Shown here: positions 1 through 9,558 of the stretch, piece after piece
How the letters are laid out: the number at the start of each line of letters is the position of its first letter
How positions within the stretch are numbered: position 1 is the stretch's first letter
Origin: an uncultured Actinomycetes bacterium
Lineage (GTDB): Bacteria; Chloroflexota; Dormibacteria; Aeolococcales; Aeolococcaceae
Reading direction: 5' to 3'
NCBI GenBank assembly: GCA_964508345.1
Contig: CAZDTK010000001.1
Location: forward strand, 49,248-113,247
Length of the DNA stretch: 64,000 nt
The notes under the pieces: model-generated
Told to the model about the DNA's origin: nothing
Databases searched by the model: none
What the model saw: the letters and a program-made list of their open reading frames with translations, nothing else
Made by a program: the position numbers and the translations under genes

Positions 1-1
1 C

Positions 2-1453
2 CCCGAAAACTTCCCCGGGGTGCCCCCCGCGCTCGCCTTCAACACCGCGGTGAGCTTCACCACCAACACCAACTGGCAGAACTACACGGGCGAGGCGACC
101 ATGAGCTACCTCTCCCAGATGCTCGCCCTCACGTTCCACCAGTTCCTCTCCGCGGCCACCGGCATCGCGATTGCGGTGGCGGTGATCCGGGGGGTCGCCC
201 GGCACTCCGCCAAGACCATCGGCAACTTCTACGTGGACATGGTCCGCTGCTTCCTTTACGTGCTGATCCCGATCGCCGTGGTCGGAACCATCATCCTGGT
301 GGCGAGCGGCTCGATCGACAACCTCAACGCCTACACGCCGGTCACGACTCTCTCCGGGGTTGGCCAGACCATCGCCCAGGGCCCGGTGGCTGCGATGGAG
401 GCCATCAAGGACCTGGGGACCAATGGCGGCGGTTTCTTCAACGCCAACTCCGCCCATCCCTTCGAGAACCCGACCGGCCTGACCGACGCGCTGGAGATCG
501 TGCTCTGCCTCTGCCTCCCCTTTGGCCTCGCGGTCACCTTCGGCAAGTGGGTCGGCAACGTCAAGCAGGGTCTGGCCCTTTTCGCCGCGATGGCCATCAT
601 CCTGATCGGCGGCGCCGCCTTCGCAGCCCAGCAGGAGCAGGCCGGCAACCCCGCCTTCAGCACCACCGAGGTGAGCCAGGTCGCCAGCGCGACCAACCCG
701 GGCGGGAACATGGAGGGCAAGGAGGCGCGCTTCGGTGCCATCCAGTCGGCCCAGTACAACACCGCCACCACGGGCACCAGCACAGGGTCGGTCGACGCCG
801 CCCAGGACAGCTTCACCCCCCTCGGCGGCATGGTGCCGCTGGTGCTCATCGAGCTGGGTGAGATCACCCCCGGGGGGACCGGCTCCGGTCTCTACGGGAT
901 GGTCGCCTTCGCCATCGTCGCCGTCTTCCTCGCCGGGCTGATGGTGGGGCGGACACCCGAGTACCTGGGCAAGAAGATCGAGGCGCGCGACATCAAGTAC
1001 GCGGCCATGGCCATCCTCATCCTGCCCCTCTCCATCCTCGGCCTGACGGCCATCGCCGTGCTCAGCCCGGCGGGTCAGGCGGGCCCGCTCAACCCGGGCC
1101 CGCACGGCTTCACGGAGATCCTCTACGCGTTCAGCTCAGTCACCGGCAACAACGGCAGCGCCTTCGCCGGGCTGAGCGGGAACACGCTGTTCTACAACAC
1201 GCTGCTGGCCATCGGCATGTGGCTGGGCCGGTTCATCTTCATCATCCCGGTGCTGGCGCTGGCCGGATCCCTGGCAGGCAAGAAGATCGTCCCCGCCGGC
1301 GCGGGGACTTTCCCCACCGACACCGCGCTGTTCACGGGTTTGCTGATCGGGACCATCCTCATCGTCGGGGCCCTGACGTTCTTCCCGGCGCTGTCTCTCG
1401 GTCCCATCCTCGAACAGCTCCAGCTGCACGCCGGCATCCTTTCGCACCCCTAG
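2..1453 (+). CDS. kdpA: K+-transporting ATPase subunit A (5'-truncated by window edge)
   Basis: Frame open from position 2; motifs [54 protein letters not shown]. Confidence 0.97.
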   Translation, partial: PENFPGVPPALAFNTAVSFTTNTNWQNYTGEATMSYLSQMLALTFHQFLSAATGIAIAVAVIRGVARHSAKTIGNFYVDMVRCFLYVLIPIAVVGTIILVASGSIDNLNAYTPVTTLSGVGQTIAQGPVAAMEAIKDLGTNGGGFFNANSAHPFENPTGLTDALEIVLCLCLPFGLAVTFGKWVGNVKQGLALFAAMAIILIGGAAFAAQQEQAGNPAFSTTEVSQVASATNPGGNMEGKEARFGAIQSAQYNTATTGTSTGSVDAAQDSFTPLGGMVPLVLIELGEITPGGTGSGLYGMVAFAIVAVFLAGLMVGRTPEYLGKKIEARDIKYAAMAILILPLSILGLTAIAVLSPAGQAGPLNPGPHGFTEILYAFSSVTGNNGSAFAGLSGNTLFYNTLLAIGMWLGRFIFIIPVLALAGSLAGKKIVPAGAGTFPTDTALFTGLLIGTILIVGALTFFPALSLGPILEQLQLHAGILSHP

Positions 1454-1467
1454 GAGCTCACAGACAA

Positions 1468-3546
1468 ATGACGGCCCTCACCGGCACCGACGGTCTGCCC
1501 CAGGCGCATAAGCGACGCCGCCAGAGCAGCCTGTACGACCCGGCCATCCTGGTCCCCGCCATCGGCGACAGCTTCAAGAAGCTGGATCCTCGCTGGATGG
1601 CACGCAACCCGGTGATGTTCGTGGTCGAGGTCGGCGCAGCGATCACCACTTACGTCTTCATCTCCGGGTTCTTCAACCACGGGAACCAGGGATTCGTCGG
1701 TCAGATCTGCCTCTGGCTCTGGTTCACGGTGCTCTTCGCCAACTTCGCCGAGGCGGTCGCCGAGGGCCGCGGCAAGGCTCAGGCGGCGAGCCTCCGGCGG
1801 ACGCGCTCGGACACCATCGCCCGCCGCTTGGTGGGTGGGATCGATGGTCAGGAGGAGGGCGTCCCTGCCCCCGAGCTGCGCCGCGGTGACATCGTGGTCT
1901 GCGAGACCGGGGACATCATCCCCAGCGACGGCAGCATCATCCATGGCATCGCCTCCGTCGACGAGTCGGCGATCACCGGCGAGTCGGCGCCGGTCATCCG
2001 GGAGGCCGGCGGCGACCGCAGTGCGGTCACGGGAGGGACCCGCGTCCTCAGCGACCGGATCGTGATCGAGATCACCCAGAATCCCGGCGAGACCTTCATG
2101 GACCGGATCATCGGCCTGGTCGAGTCGGCGTCGCGTCAGAAGACCCCCAACGAGATCGCTCTCAACATCCTCCTGGCATGCCTGACTCTGATCTTCATCA
2201 TCGCGGTCGTCACCCTGCAGCCCTTCGCCCTCTTTGCCGGGGCCTCGGTGTCGGTCGTGGTGCTCATCGCCCTGCTCGTCTGCCTCATCCCCACCACCAT
2301 CGGAGCGCTGCTCTCAGCGATCGGGATCGCCGGCATCGACCGGCTGCTGCAGAAGAACGTGCTGGCGATGTCCGGTCGCGCAGTCGAGGCCTCGGGTGAC
2401 GTCGACGTGCTCCTCCTCGACAAGACCGGGACCATCACCTGGGGCAACCGCCAGGCCTCCGAGTTCATCCCCGCCCCCGGCATCGAGATGCAGCGGCTGG
2501 TGAAGGCGGCCGACCTGGCGAGCGTCGCCGACGAGACCCCCGAGGGACGCTCGATCGTCGCCCTGGCTCGCCGCATTGGCATCGCCGAAGAGCCCGACAT
2601 CCAGTCCTGGGCGTTCGTCCCCTTCTCCGCGAACACCCGGATGAGCGGCGTCGACCACGACGGCACCAGCATTCGCAAGGGGGCCGGCGACGCCATCGCC
2701 TTCTGGTGCTCGGGCGAGAAGAGCCGCGAGCTGCCTGACACCGTGCGTGAGCAGGTCGAGACCATCGCCCGCAGCGGCGGCACGCCTCTCCTGGTCGCCG
2801 AGAACCGGACCGTGCTGGGGACGATCCACCTCAAGGACATCGTCAAACCCGGCATCAAGGAGCGTTTCGAGGACCTGCGCCGGATGGGCCTGCGCACAGT
2901 CATGATCACCGGTGACAACCCGCTCACCGCCAGGGCGATCGCCGAGGAGGCGGGGGTCGACGACTTCCTCGCCGAGGCGACCCCGGAGAACAAGCTGGAG
3001 CTGATCCGCAGCGAGCAGGCGGGCGGCAAGCTGGTGGCGATGACCGGTGACGGGACCAACGACGCTCCCGCGCTCGCTCAGGCCGACGTCGGCGTGGCCA
3101 TGCAGAGTGGCACCCAGGCGGCCAAGGAGGCCGGCAACCTGGTCGACCTGGACAGCGACCCCACCAAGCTGATCGAGATCGTGGAGACCGGCAAGCAGAT
3201 GCTGATCACGCGAGGCGCGCTGACCACCTTCAGCGTGGCCAACGACGTCGCCAAGTACTTCGCGATCATCCCGGCGATGTTCGCGGTGGCCCTCCCGCCG
3301 CTGCGGGCACTCAACATCCTGCAGCTGCAGACGCCCGAAAGCGCGATCCTCTCGGCGGTGATCTTCAACGCCCTGATCATCGTCGCGCTCATCCCGCTGG
3401 CCCTGCGCGGGGTCAAGTACCGGGCCGTGGGCGCCGCCGCGCTGCTCCGCCGCAACCTGCTCATCTACGGGGTGGGCGGCATCATCCTCCCCTTCATCGG
3501 CATCAAGGTCGTGGACATCGTGATCACCTCCCTTCACCTGATCTGA
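1468..3546 (+). CDS. kdpB: K+-transporting ATPase subunit B (P-type ATPase)
   Basis: ATG 1468 after AGGAG; [17 protein letters not shown] phosphorylation motif, [14 protein letters not shown]. Confidence 0.98.
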   Translation: MTALTGTDGLPQAHKRRRQSSLYDPAILVPAIGDSFKKLDPRWMARNPVMFVVEVGAAITTYVFISGFFNHGNQGFVGQICLWLWFTVLFANFAEAVAEGRGKAQAASLRRTRSDTIARRLVGGIDGQEEGVPAPELRRGDIVVCETGDIIPSDGSIIHGIASVDESAITGESAPVIREAGGDRSAVTGGTRVLSDRIVIEITQNPGETFMDRIIGLVESASRQKTPNEIALNILLACLTLIFIIAVVTLQPFALFAGASVSVVVLIALLVCLIPTTIGALLSAIGIAGIDRLLQKNVLAMSGRAVEASGDVDVLLLDKTGTITWGNRQASEFIPAPGIEMQRLVKAADLASVADETPEGRSIVALARRIGIAEEPDIQSWAFVPFSANTRMSGVDHDGTSIRKGAGDAIAFWCSGEKSRELPDTVREQVETIARSGGTPLLVAENRTVLGTIHLKDIVKPGIKERFEDLRRMGLRTVMITGDNPLTARAIAEEAGVDDFLAEATPENKLELIRSEQAGGKLVAMTGDGTNDAPALAQADVGVAMQSGTQAAKEAGNLVDLDSDPTKLIEIVETGKQMLITRGALTTFSVANDVAKYFAIIPAMFAVALPPLRALNILQLQTPESAILSAVIFNALIIVALIPLALRGVKYRAVGAAALLRRNLLIYGVGGIILPFIGIKVVDIVITSLHLI

Positions 3547-3560
3547 TCTGGACAAAAGAG

Positions 3561-4358
3561 ATGTTTCGCAACTTCCCCAAAGAGCTGCTGGTGGCGCTGC
3601 GGGTCACCCTGGTCATCGCCCTGCTGGGCGGCCTGGTCTATCCGCTGGTGCTGTTCGGATTCTCCCAGCTGGCCTTCAACAGCCAGGCCAACGGCAGCCT
3701 GATCAAGAACAAGAGCGGCACTGTGGTCGGTTCCAGTCTCATCGGCCAGTGCTTCTACGAGACCAAGAGCGTCTCGGGAACCCTGACCTACACCACCACC
3801 CAGTATCAGGGCCACACCTTCTACACCGTCGACCCCCGCTACTTCCAGGGGCGCCCCTCGTATGCCCAGGTGACCGAGCCCGACGGGACCGTGGAAGTGG
3901 TTCCCCTCGACCCGCCCTGCAACCCGGCGTCGTCGGAGGGCAGCAACCTCGCGCCGAGCAACGCCCTGCTCGTCGAGCAGGTGGACACCTACGCGGCCTA
4001 CCTGCACTGCGTGGGCATCGACACCAGCGGCTCCTTCACCGCCGCCCAGCTCCAGGCCGCCGCCACCGACCCGACCCATGACTGCCTGAGCACCGGGGCC
4101 ACGACAACTCCCATCCCCATCGACCTGGCGACCGGTGACTTCACCAGCTTCGATCCCGACATCAGCGTGGCGGCGGCTCTGGCGCAGGTCGACATGGTGG
4201 CCTCCGCCCGCGGCCTCTCGGAGGCCCAGGTGCACGCCCTGGTCGAGAACAACATCAGTGGCCGCATCCTCTGGATCTTCGGAGAGTCGGACGTCGACGT
4301 CCTCCAGCTCAACATCGCCCTGAACGCGGAGTTCGGCGCGCCACCCGCGCTCGGCTGA
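3561..4358 (+). CDS. kdpC: K+-transporting ATPase subunit C, enlarged with insertions
   Basis: N-terminal TM, GSSLIGQ, YFQGRPS, SNLAPSN, DPDIS, VLQLNIAL; follows kdpB. Confidence 0.92.
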   Translation: MFRNFPKELLVALRVTLVIALLGGLVYPLVLFGFSQLAFNSQANGSLIKNKSGTVVGSSLIGQCFYETKSVSGTLTYTTTQYQGHTFYTVDPRYFQGRPSYAQVTEPDGTVEVVPLDPPCNPASSEGSNLAPSNALLVEQVDTYAAYLHCVGIDTSGSFTAAQLQAAATDPTHDCLSTGATTTPIPIDLATGDFTSFDPDISVAAALAQVDMVASARGLSEAQVHALVENNISGRILWIFGESDVDVLQLNIALNAEFGAPPALG

Positions 4359-4473
4359 CCCGTGGGGCGACTTCGGGTGGGGAGAGCCGCCGGGGTTGCC
4401 CAGAGCCTCCCCGGGTACACTTGCCCCAGGATCAGCCCGCGCCGGGCCGGCTCGGCCGGCGGGCCAGAGGGCC

Positions 4474-6696
4474 ATGACCGAATCTCCACATGAGATAGCC
4501 GCCGTCGCCGCGAGTGAGGCCACGGCCGCGGTACCCGCGGACGTCGCGGGCCCGCCGCCGCCGCCGCGGGGCCGGCTCAAGGCATACCTGGGCGCCATGC
4601 CCGGGTCGGGCAAGACCTTCGCCATGCTCCGCGAGGGACGCGACCGCCGCGACGCCGGCGAGGACGTCGTGGTCGGCTTCATCGAGACCCACGGTAGGGC
4701 GCGCACCCAGGAGGCCGTCGGCACCCTGGAGGTCCTGCCCCGGCTGAGCGTCGACTACCGCGGCACCAAGCTCTCGGAGATGGACGTGGATGCGGTGCTG
4801 GCCCGCCATCCCCAGGTGGCGCTCATCGACGAGCTGGCCCACACCAACGCCCCCGGCGTCCGCCACCACAAGCGCTGGGAGGACATCGAGGACATCCGCG
4901 ACGCCGGCATCGACGTGATCACCACCATGAACATCCAGCACCTCGAGTCGGTGAAGGACGTGGTGGAGCGAATCACCGGGATCACCGTGCACGAGACGGT
5001 GCCCGACAGCGTCCTCGACCGCGCCGACGAGGTCCAGTTCATCGACATCACCCCCGAGGCCCTCCGTAAGCGGATGCGCCACGGCAACATCTACCCGCCC
5101 GACCGGGTGGACATGGCGCTGCGCAACTTCTTCCGGCCGGGCAATCTCGGTGCGCTCCGCGAGCTGGGTCTGAGGCTGGTCGCCGAGCGCGTCGAGGGCC
5201 AGCGCGGCGGCGTCCAGGCACCTCCCGAGGACGTCCTCGCCGCCGTCGGCGGGGGGGTGTCGGCGGAGGCCCTGATCCGGCGCGGCGTCCGCCAGGCTCG
5301 CCGCCGGCGCGGCTTCTGCACCGTGGTCCACGTCCGGACCGTGGAGGACCCCGTCCCCGGGCCCGGCAGCGACGAGGGCTGGCGCCGGCTGGCCGCCGAG
5401 CTGCAGACCTCGCTGGTGGAGCCGGAGGCCACCGACATCGCCGCGGCCCTGATCGCCGTCGCCCATGATCGGGGTAGCCGCCACGTGGTGATGGGCGAGC
5501 CGCACCCGCGCGGCTTCTTCGGCCGGATGCGCAAATCCATCGTCGATCGCGTCATCGAGGGGCTGCCCGACGCCGACGTCCACGTGATCTCGCGATACTC
5601 CGCCACTCCCTACGCCCCCCAGGACCGGCCCAACCCCGACTCCCTGCTCCGCGACCTGAGCATGACCCGGCCCCGTGGCGGGCTGCGCCTCTACATGAGC
5701 TACGCGCGGGGGGCGGGCGCGACCACGCAGATGCTCGACGAGGCCCGCCGCCGCGTGGCCCGCGGCACCGACGTCGTGGTCGGAGCGGTGAGCGGTGGAG
5801 GAGCGTCGCGGCTGGGCACCCTTCCCCTGCTCGGCGGGCACGCCTCACCGGCGGCGCGGGGTGTCCTCGACGTCGAGGCGCTGATGAGCCGCAACCCCGA
5901 CGTGGTGGCGATCGACGACCTCGCCGGCGTGACCACGACCGGACGGCTGGTGGCCCACGTGCTGCCCCGGATCCGCGCCGCCGGCATCAACGTCATTGGC
6001 ACCGTCCACCTCACCGACCTGCGCAGCACGGTGAGCGTGATGGGGCCGCTGCTCAACCGCCCCAAGGAGCGTCCCATCCTGGACGACTCGTCCGTCGACC
6101 CCGCCGACGAGATCGAGCTGATCGACGTCCCGCCGGCCGAGCTCGAGGAGCGGCTGCGCCAGGGCGAGATCATGCCGCCCGCCGAGGCCATCCAGGCTCT
6201 CCAGGGCGAGTTCCGCCCCGAGGTGCTCACCGCCCTGCGCGAGCTGGCGCTGCGCCGGGTCGCCGAGCACTGCGACCGGCGCCTCATCGAGTACATGAGC
6301 ACGGCTCGCATCAACGAGCCGTGGGAAGCCCGTCCCCGGGTGCTGGTCCTGGTCCCGCCTCAACCCGGACAGGAGGCCGTCATCCGCCGTGCCGCCGCCC
6401 ACGCGGTGCGCCGGGACGACGCCCTGACCGCCGTCTCGGTCCGCCGCCGGCCGCGCAGCGACGTCGAGAAACGCATCCTCGGTGGCTACGCCACCCTCAC
6501 CCATCAGCTCGGCGGTGAGTTCGTGACCATCGACGGGCGGGACGTCGCCGCCACGGTCGCCGCCTACGCCCGCGGCCACCGGATCACCGAGATCCTGGTG
6601 ATGCGGAGCATGAGGAACAGCAGCTCCCGGACGCTGCGCCAGCTGATCCGGCTGGTTGCCAACGTCGACGTTCACGTGGTCGCGGCGACCGACTGA
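4474..6696 (+). CDS. kdpD: Soluble KdpD-like sensor: (KdpD N-terminal domain + USP) x2, no TM or kinase domain
   Basis: YLGAMPGSGKTFAML, DELAHTN, KRWEDIE, NIQHLES, FFRPGNLGALREL; second degenerate copy from LRLYMSYARGAGATTQML; ATG 4474 chosen over TTG 4396. Confidence 0.85.
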   Translation: MTESPHEIAAVAASEATAAVPADVAGPPPPPRGRLKAYLGAMPGSGKTFAMLREGRDRRDAGEDVVVGFIETHGRARTQEAVGTLEVLPRLSVDYRGTKLSEMDVDAVLARHPQVALIDELAHTNAPGVRHHKRWEDIEDIRDAGIDVITTMNIQHLESVKDVVERITGITVHETVPDSVLDRADEVQFIDITPEALRKRMRHGNIYPPDRVDMALRNFFRPGNLGALRELGLRLVAERVEGQRGGVQAPPEDVLAAVGGGVSAEALIRRGVRQARRRRGFCTVVHVRTVEDPVPGPGSDEGWRRLAAELQTSLVEPEATDIAAALIAVAHDRGSRHVVMGEPHPRGFFGRMRKSIVDRVIEGLPDADVHVISRYSATPYAPQDRPNPDSLLRDLSMTRPRGGLRLYMSYARGAGATTQMLDEARRRVARGTDVVVGAVSGGGASRLGTLPLLGGHASPAARGVLDVEALMSRNPDVVAIDDLAGVTTTGRLVAHVLPRIRAAGINVIGTVHLTDLRSTVSVMGPLLNRPKERPILDDSSVDPADEIELIDVPPAELEERLRQGEIMPPAEAIQALQGEFRPEVLTALRELALRRVAEHCDRRLIEYMSTARINEPWEARPRVLVLVPPQPGQEAVIRRAAAHAVRRDDALTAVSVRRRPRSDVEKRILGGYATLTHQLGGEFVTIDGRDVAATVAAYARGHRITEILVMRSMRNSSSRTLRQLIRLVANVDVHVVAATD

Positions 6697-6706
6697 CCCC
6701 GCTGGG

Positions 6707-7891
6707 CTAGGCCGCGGGGAGGGTGAAGGCGAAGCGCGCCCCCTCGCCCTCCTCGGAGTCCTCGATCCACACCCGGCCGGCGTGGGCCTCGACCAGACCG
6801 CGGACGATCGCCAGCCCCAGCCCGGTGCCGCTGGGCGCGGCGTGGCCATCCCCCTCCCGGGCGGCACCGTCGGGGACGCCGCGGACGAAGCGCTCGAAGA
6901 TCCGCTCGCGCTGCTCCACCGCCACGCCGGGGCCCCGGTCGATGACCCGGATGACCACCATCGAGCGCTTGCCCGGGGCGGCGGTGACCCTGATCGCCGT
7001 GCGCGCGGGCGCGTGCCGGTCGGCGTTCTGGAGGAGGTTGTCCAGGATCTGGCCGAGCCGCTCCCAGTCGGCGAGCACCTCCAGCCCGGTGGGCGGGAGG
7101 CTGATCTCCACCTTCCGGCCCACCGAGGAGAGGCGGAGCCGGCCAGCCGCCGCTTCCAGGGCTTCGCCCAGGTCGATCTCCACCGCGTTCAGGGTCAGGG
7201 CGTGGGCCTCGATCCGGGCCATGTCCAGCAGGTCGGAGACCAGCCGCTCCAGCCGCCGGGCCTCCCCGATGATCGAGTCCAGCTCGCCGCGCACCTCCTC
7301 GGGGATGCGGGGGCGCTCGAGCAGGTCGGTGGCCCCGGTCAGGATGCTGGCCAGCGGGGTGCGCAGCTCATGCGAGACGTTGGCGAGCAGGTCGGAGCGC
7401 AGCTTGTCGGCCGCCTCCAGGACTCGCACCTGCTGCTGGGTCTGAGCCAGTCGCACCGCCATGGCGGCGGCCTCCGCCTGCTCGCGCTCGAGCCGTTCCA
7501 ACTCCGCGTTGCTGCGACGCAGCTGGGAGGCAAGCCGCTCCGCCTCGAACTGGGCGCTGCGGCGTCCGGAGCCCACGCCCCCGGCGACGGCGGCGACGGC
7601 GATCAGGACGACGAGGTCCACCAGGTCGCTGGGGTCGTCGATGGTCAGGGTGTGAAGGGGGAGCACGAAGAACCAGTCGACGAGCAGGAAGCTCAGAGCG
7701 GCTCCGCCCAGAGCGGCGCGAAGCCCGCTGACCGTGCCCAGCACGGCGACCAGCGCGACGTAGACGAAGACGTAGTCCCGCGCCGTGGACGGGCCGACCA
7801 GGCTGAGCACGGCCGTGATCGCGATTGGCCCGCCGATCGCCCCCGTCACCCCGGCGATGGCCGGAAGGTGACCGCCACGGCTGCTCCGCAT
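6707..7891 (-). CDS. Sensor histidine kinase, KdpD C-terminal type (4-TM DUF4118-like + HisKA + HATPase)
   Basis: Four hydrophobic segments with FLLVDWFFVLPLHTL; SHELRTPL H-box; NLLQNA, DRGPG, GTGLGLAI, GARF. Confidence 0.9.
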   Translation of the reverse strand: MRSSRGGHLPAIAGVTGAIGGPIAITAVLSLVGPSTARDYVFVYVALVAVLGTVSGLRAALGGAALSFLLVDWFFVLPLHTLTIDDPSDLVDLVVLIAVAAVAGGVGSGRRSAQFEAERLASQLRRSNAELERLEREQAEAAAMAVRLAQTQQQVRVLEAADKLRSDLLANVSHELRTPLASILTGATDLLERPRIPEEVRGELDSIIGEARRLERLVSDLLDMARIEAHALTLNAVEIDLGEALEAAAGRLRLSSVGRKVEISLPPTGLEVLADWERLGQILDNLLQNADRHAPARTAIRVTAAPGKRSMVVIRVIDRGPGVAVEQRERIFERFVRGVPDGAAREGDGHAAPSGTGLGLAIVRGLVEAHAGRVWIEDSEEGEGARFAFTLPAA

Positions 7892-8324
7892 GGCCTGGAT
7901 TGTGGGCTCCTCGCCGGTCGCCCGGCGCCCGCGCCGGGGGCAACCCGGGCCGGGTGCCCTCCAGCTCGCGCGTCACCTCGCGCTCGCGCAGGCGCAGCCG
8001 CCGGGCGTGCAGCGCGCGCCGGAGACCGGCGACCTGGGGCACGCAGATCAGCGCGGCGACGAGCGCCACCGCGAACGCCGCCCAGCCCAGCCAGCTGGGG
8101 CCGAGCAGGAGCGCCGGGGTTCCGGCGGCGAGCAGCCCCGCACAGAAGCAGGCGAGCACCGCCACGGTCACGACGCGGGCGGCGATCGCCGCCGGCTCCC
8201 GCGCCGACGCCACCCGCGTCCGCACCGCCTCGGTGTCGACCACCGGCTTGCCCGCTTGCCGGGAGCGCATGACCCGCCAGGCGATCAAGAGCAGGAGAAA
8301 CTTGGTGATCCAGCTCCAGGGCAC
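7368..8324 (-). CDS. Hypothetical membrane protein; only the N-terminal ~135 aa look real, C-terminal part overlaps the kinase out of frame
   Basis: GTG 8324 six nt after TACCAT; three hydrophobic segments; no stop until 7368. Confidence 0.45.
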   Translation of the reverse strand: MPWSWITKFLLLLIAWRVMRSRQAGKPVVDTEAVRTRVASAREPAAIAARVVTVAVLACFCAGLLAAGTPALLLGPSWLGWAAFAVALVAALICVPQVAGLRRALHARRLRLREREVTRELEGTRPGLPPARAPGDRRGAHNPGHAEQPWRSPSGHRRGDGGDRRANRDHGRAQPGRPVHGAGLRLRLRRAGRRAGHGQRASRRSGRSRSELPARRLVLRAPPSHPDHRRPQRPGGPRRPDRRRRRRRGRGLRTPQRPVRGGAACLPAASQQRGVGTARARAGGGRRHGGATGSDPAAGASPGGGRQAALRPARQRLA

Positions 8325-8440
8325 CACCCCATGGTACGGAGGCCCGCCGCACCGCGGCGGGTGGCGGTCGCCGTCCGGGCCGGTGGTGCCCGCGGCGCCG
8401 TGGTACATTCGCGGCGCAGTCGGGAAGGGAGGTAGCAGAG

Positions 8441-8671
8441 ATGGTTCGCGCCTACGTCCTCATCGGTGCCACCGCCGGCAAGACGCTGGAGGTGGCCAGG
8501 AAGCTCCAGGGCCAGGAGGGGATCGTCAAGGCCGACGCCATCACCGGTGAGTACGACGTCATCGCCGAGGTCGAGGCGGCCGACGTCGCGGGCATCGGCA
8601 AGCTGATCGTCGAGAAGGTCCAGGCCGCCGAGGGCGTCTTCAAGACCATCACCTGCCTGGTGATCCAATAG
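8441..8671 (+). CDS. Stand-alone Lrp/AsnC ligand-binding (RAM) domain protein
   Basis: 76 aa, AYVLI...ITGEYDVIAEVE...GVFKTITC pattern; GGAGG SD upstream; no HTH. Confidence 0.85.
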   Translation: MVRAYVLIGATAGKTLEVARKLQGQEGIVKADAITGEYDVIAEVEAADVAGIGKLIVEKVQAAEGVFKTITCLVIQ

Positions 8672-8853
8672 GGGGGGCGGCACCGCCCCGCTCCGGCGCG
8701 TCCGGCCTCGCCGTCCTGCTGGCGGGGTCGGCGGCCCGGCTGCGCGGGAGTGCGCGGCTGCGCCTGTCGCTCGCCGGCTGGCTGGCCGTCGGGCTGCTCG
8801 CCAGCGAAGCCTTCAGCCTCTGGGTCGCCCATCTCCACGGTTCGGGGACCCTG

Positions 8854-9534
8854 GTGGCTGGTCTGCTCACCCTGGGGTTCTGGGTGCTGGCCGGGCTGGT
8901 CATGGCCGCCGGAGCTGCCATGCTCGTCCGCCCCGACGGCTCCCCGGTCGACTTCTACGGCGTCCCCAACGGGCTCTCGGCGCTCCGCGCCTGGCTCTGC
9001 CCCCCGCTCCTCCTCTGCACCGGCTGGTCGCTCCCGGGCCGGGATGGTCTCGCCCTCTGGGTCTTCGTCGGCGGCTCGGTCGGGATGCTCGACGCCGTCG
9101 ACGGCTGGGTGGCGCGCCGCTTCGGCCCGGTGACCCAGCTCGGCAAGGCGATGGACCCCGGCACCGACGCCCTGTACTTCACCGTCGGCGCGATCGCCAG
9201 CCTGTGGCTGGGCATCTTCACCTGGTGGCTGATGGCGCTCATCGTCTTCCGCTACTGCGCACCGCTGCTGCTGACGCCGGTGGTCTTCCTGCTCCGCCGC
9301 CGGCCCGAGCTGGTGCGGACCCCGTGGGGCCGTTACAACACCATGCTCACCGGGCTGGTGCTCTTCGTCTGCATGCTGGTCCGGGTGGCCGGCGGGCCCG
9401 TGACCCTCGTCAACGCCGCGGTCGGCCTGCCCCTGCTGGTCCCCACCGCCCTGCTCCACTTCCGGGCCCTGGCCGAGAGGGTCGCGGCCGCGCCCCGCGT
9501 CCCCCGGGACGCGGTGGCCGCCCGGGCGCCCTGA
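8854..9534 (+). CDS. CDP-alcohol phosphatidyltransferase family protein (start uncertain; hydrophobic frame extends upstream to ~8668)
   Basis: DAVDGWVARRFGPVTQLGKAMDPGTD matches the DxxDGxxAR..GxxxDxxxD signature. Confidence 0.88.
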   Translation: MAGLLTLGFWVLAGLVMAAGAAMLVRPDGSPVDFYGVPNGLSALRAWLCPPLLLCTGWSLPGRDGLALWVFVGGSVGMLDAVDGWVARRFGPVTQLGKAMDPGTDALYFTVGAIASLWLGIFTWWLMALIVFRYCAPLLLTPVVFLLRRRPELVRTPWGRYNTMLTGLVLFVCMLVRVAGGPVTLVNAAVGLPLLVPTALLHFRALAERVAAAPRVPRDAVAARAP

Positions 9535-9558
9535 GCCGACGCCCATAATCGGCTGGCC

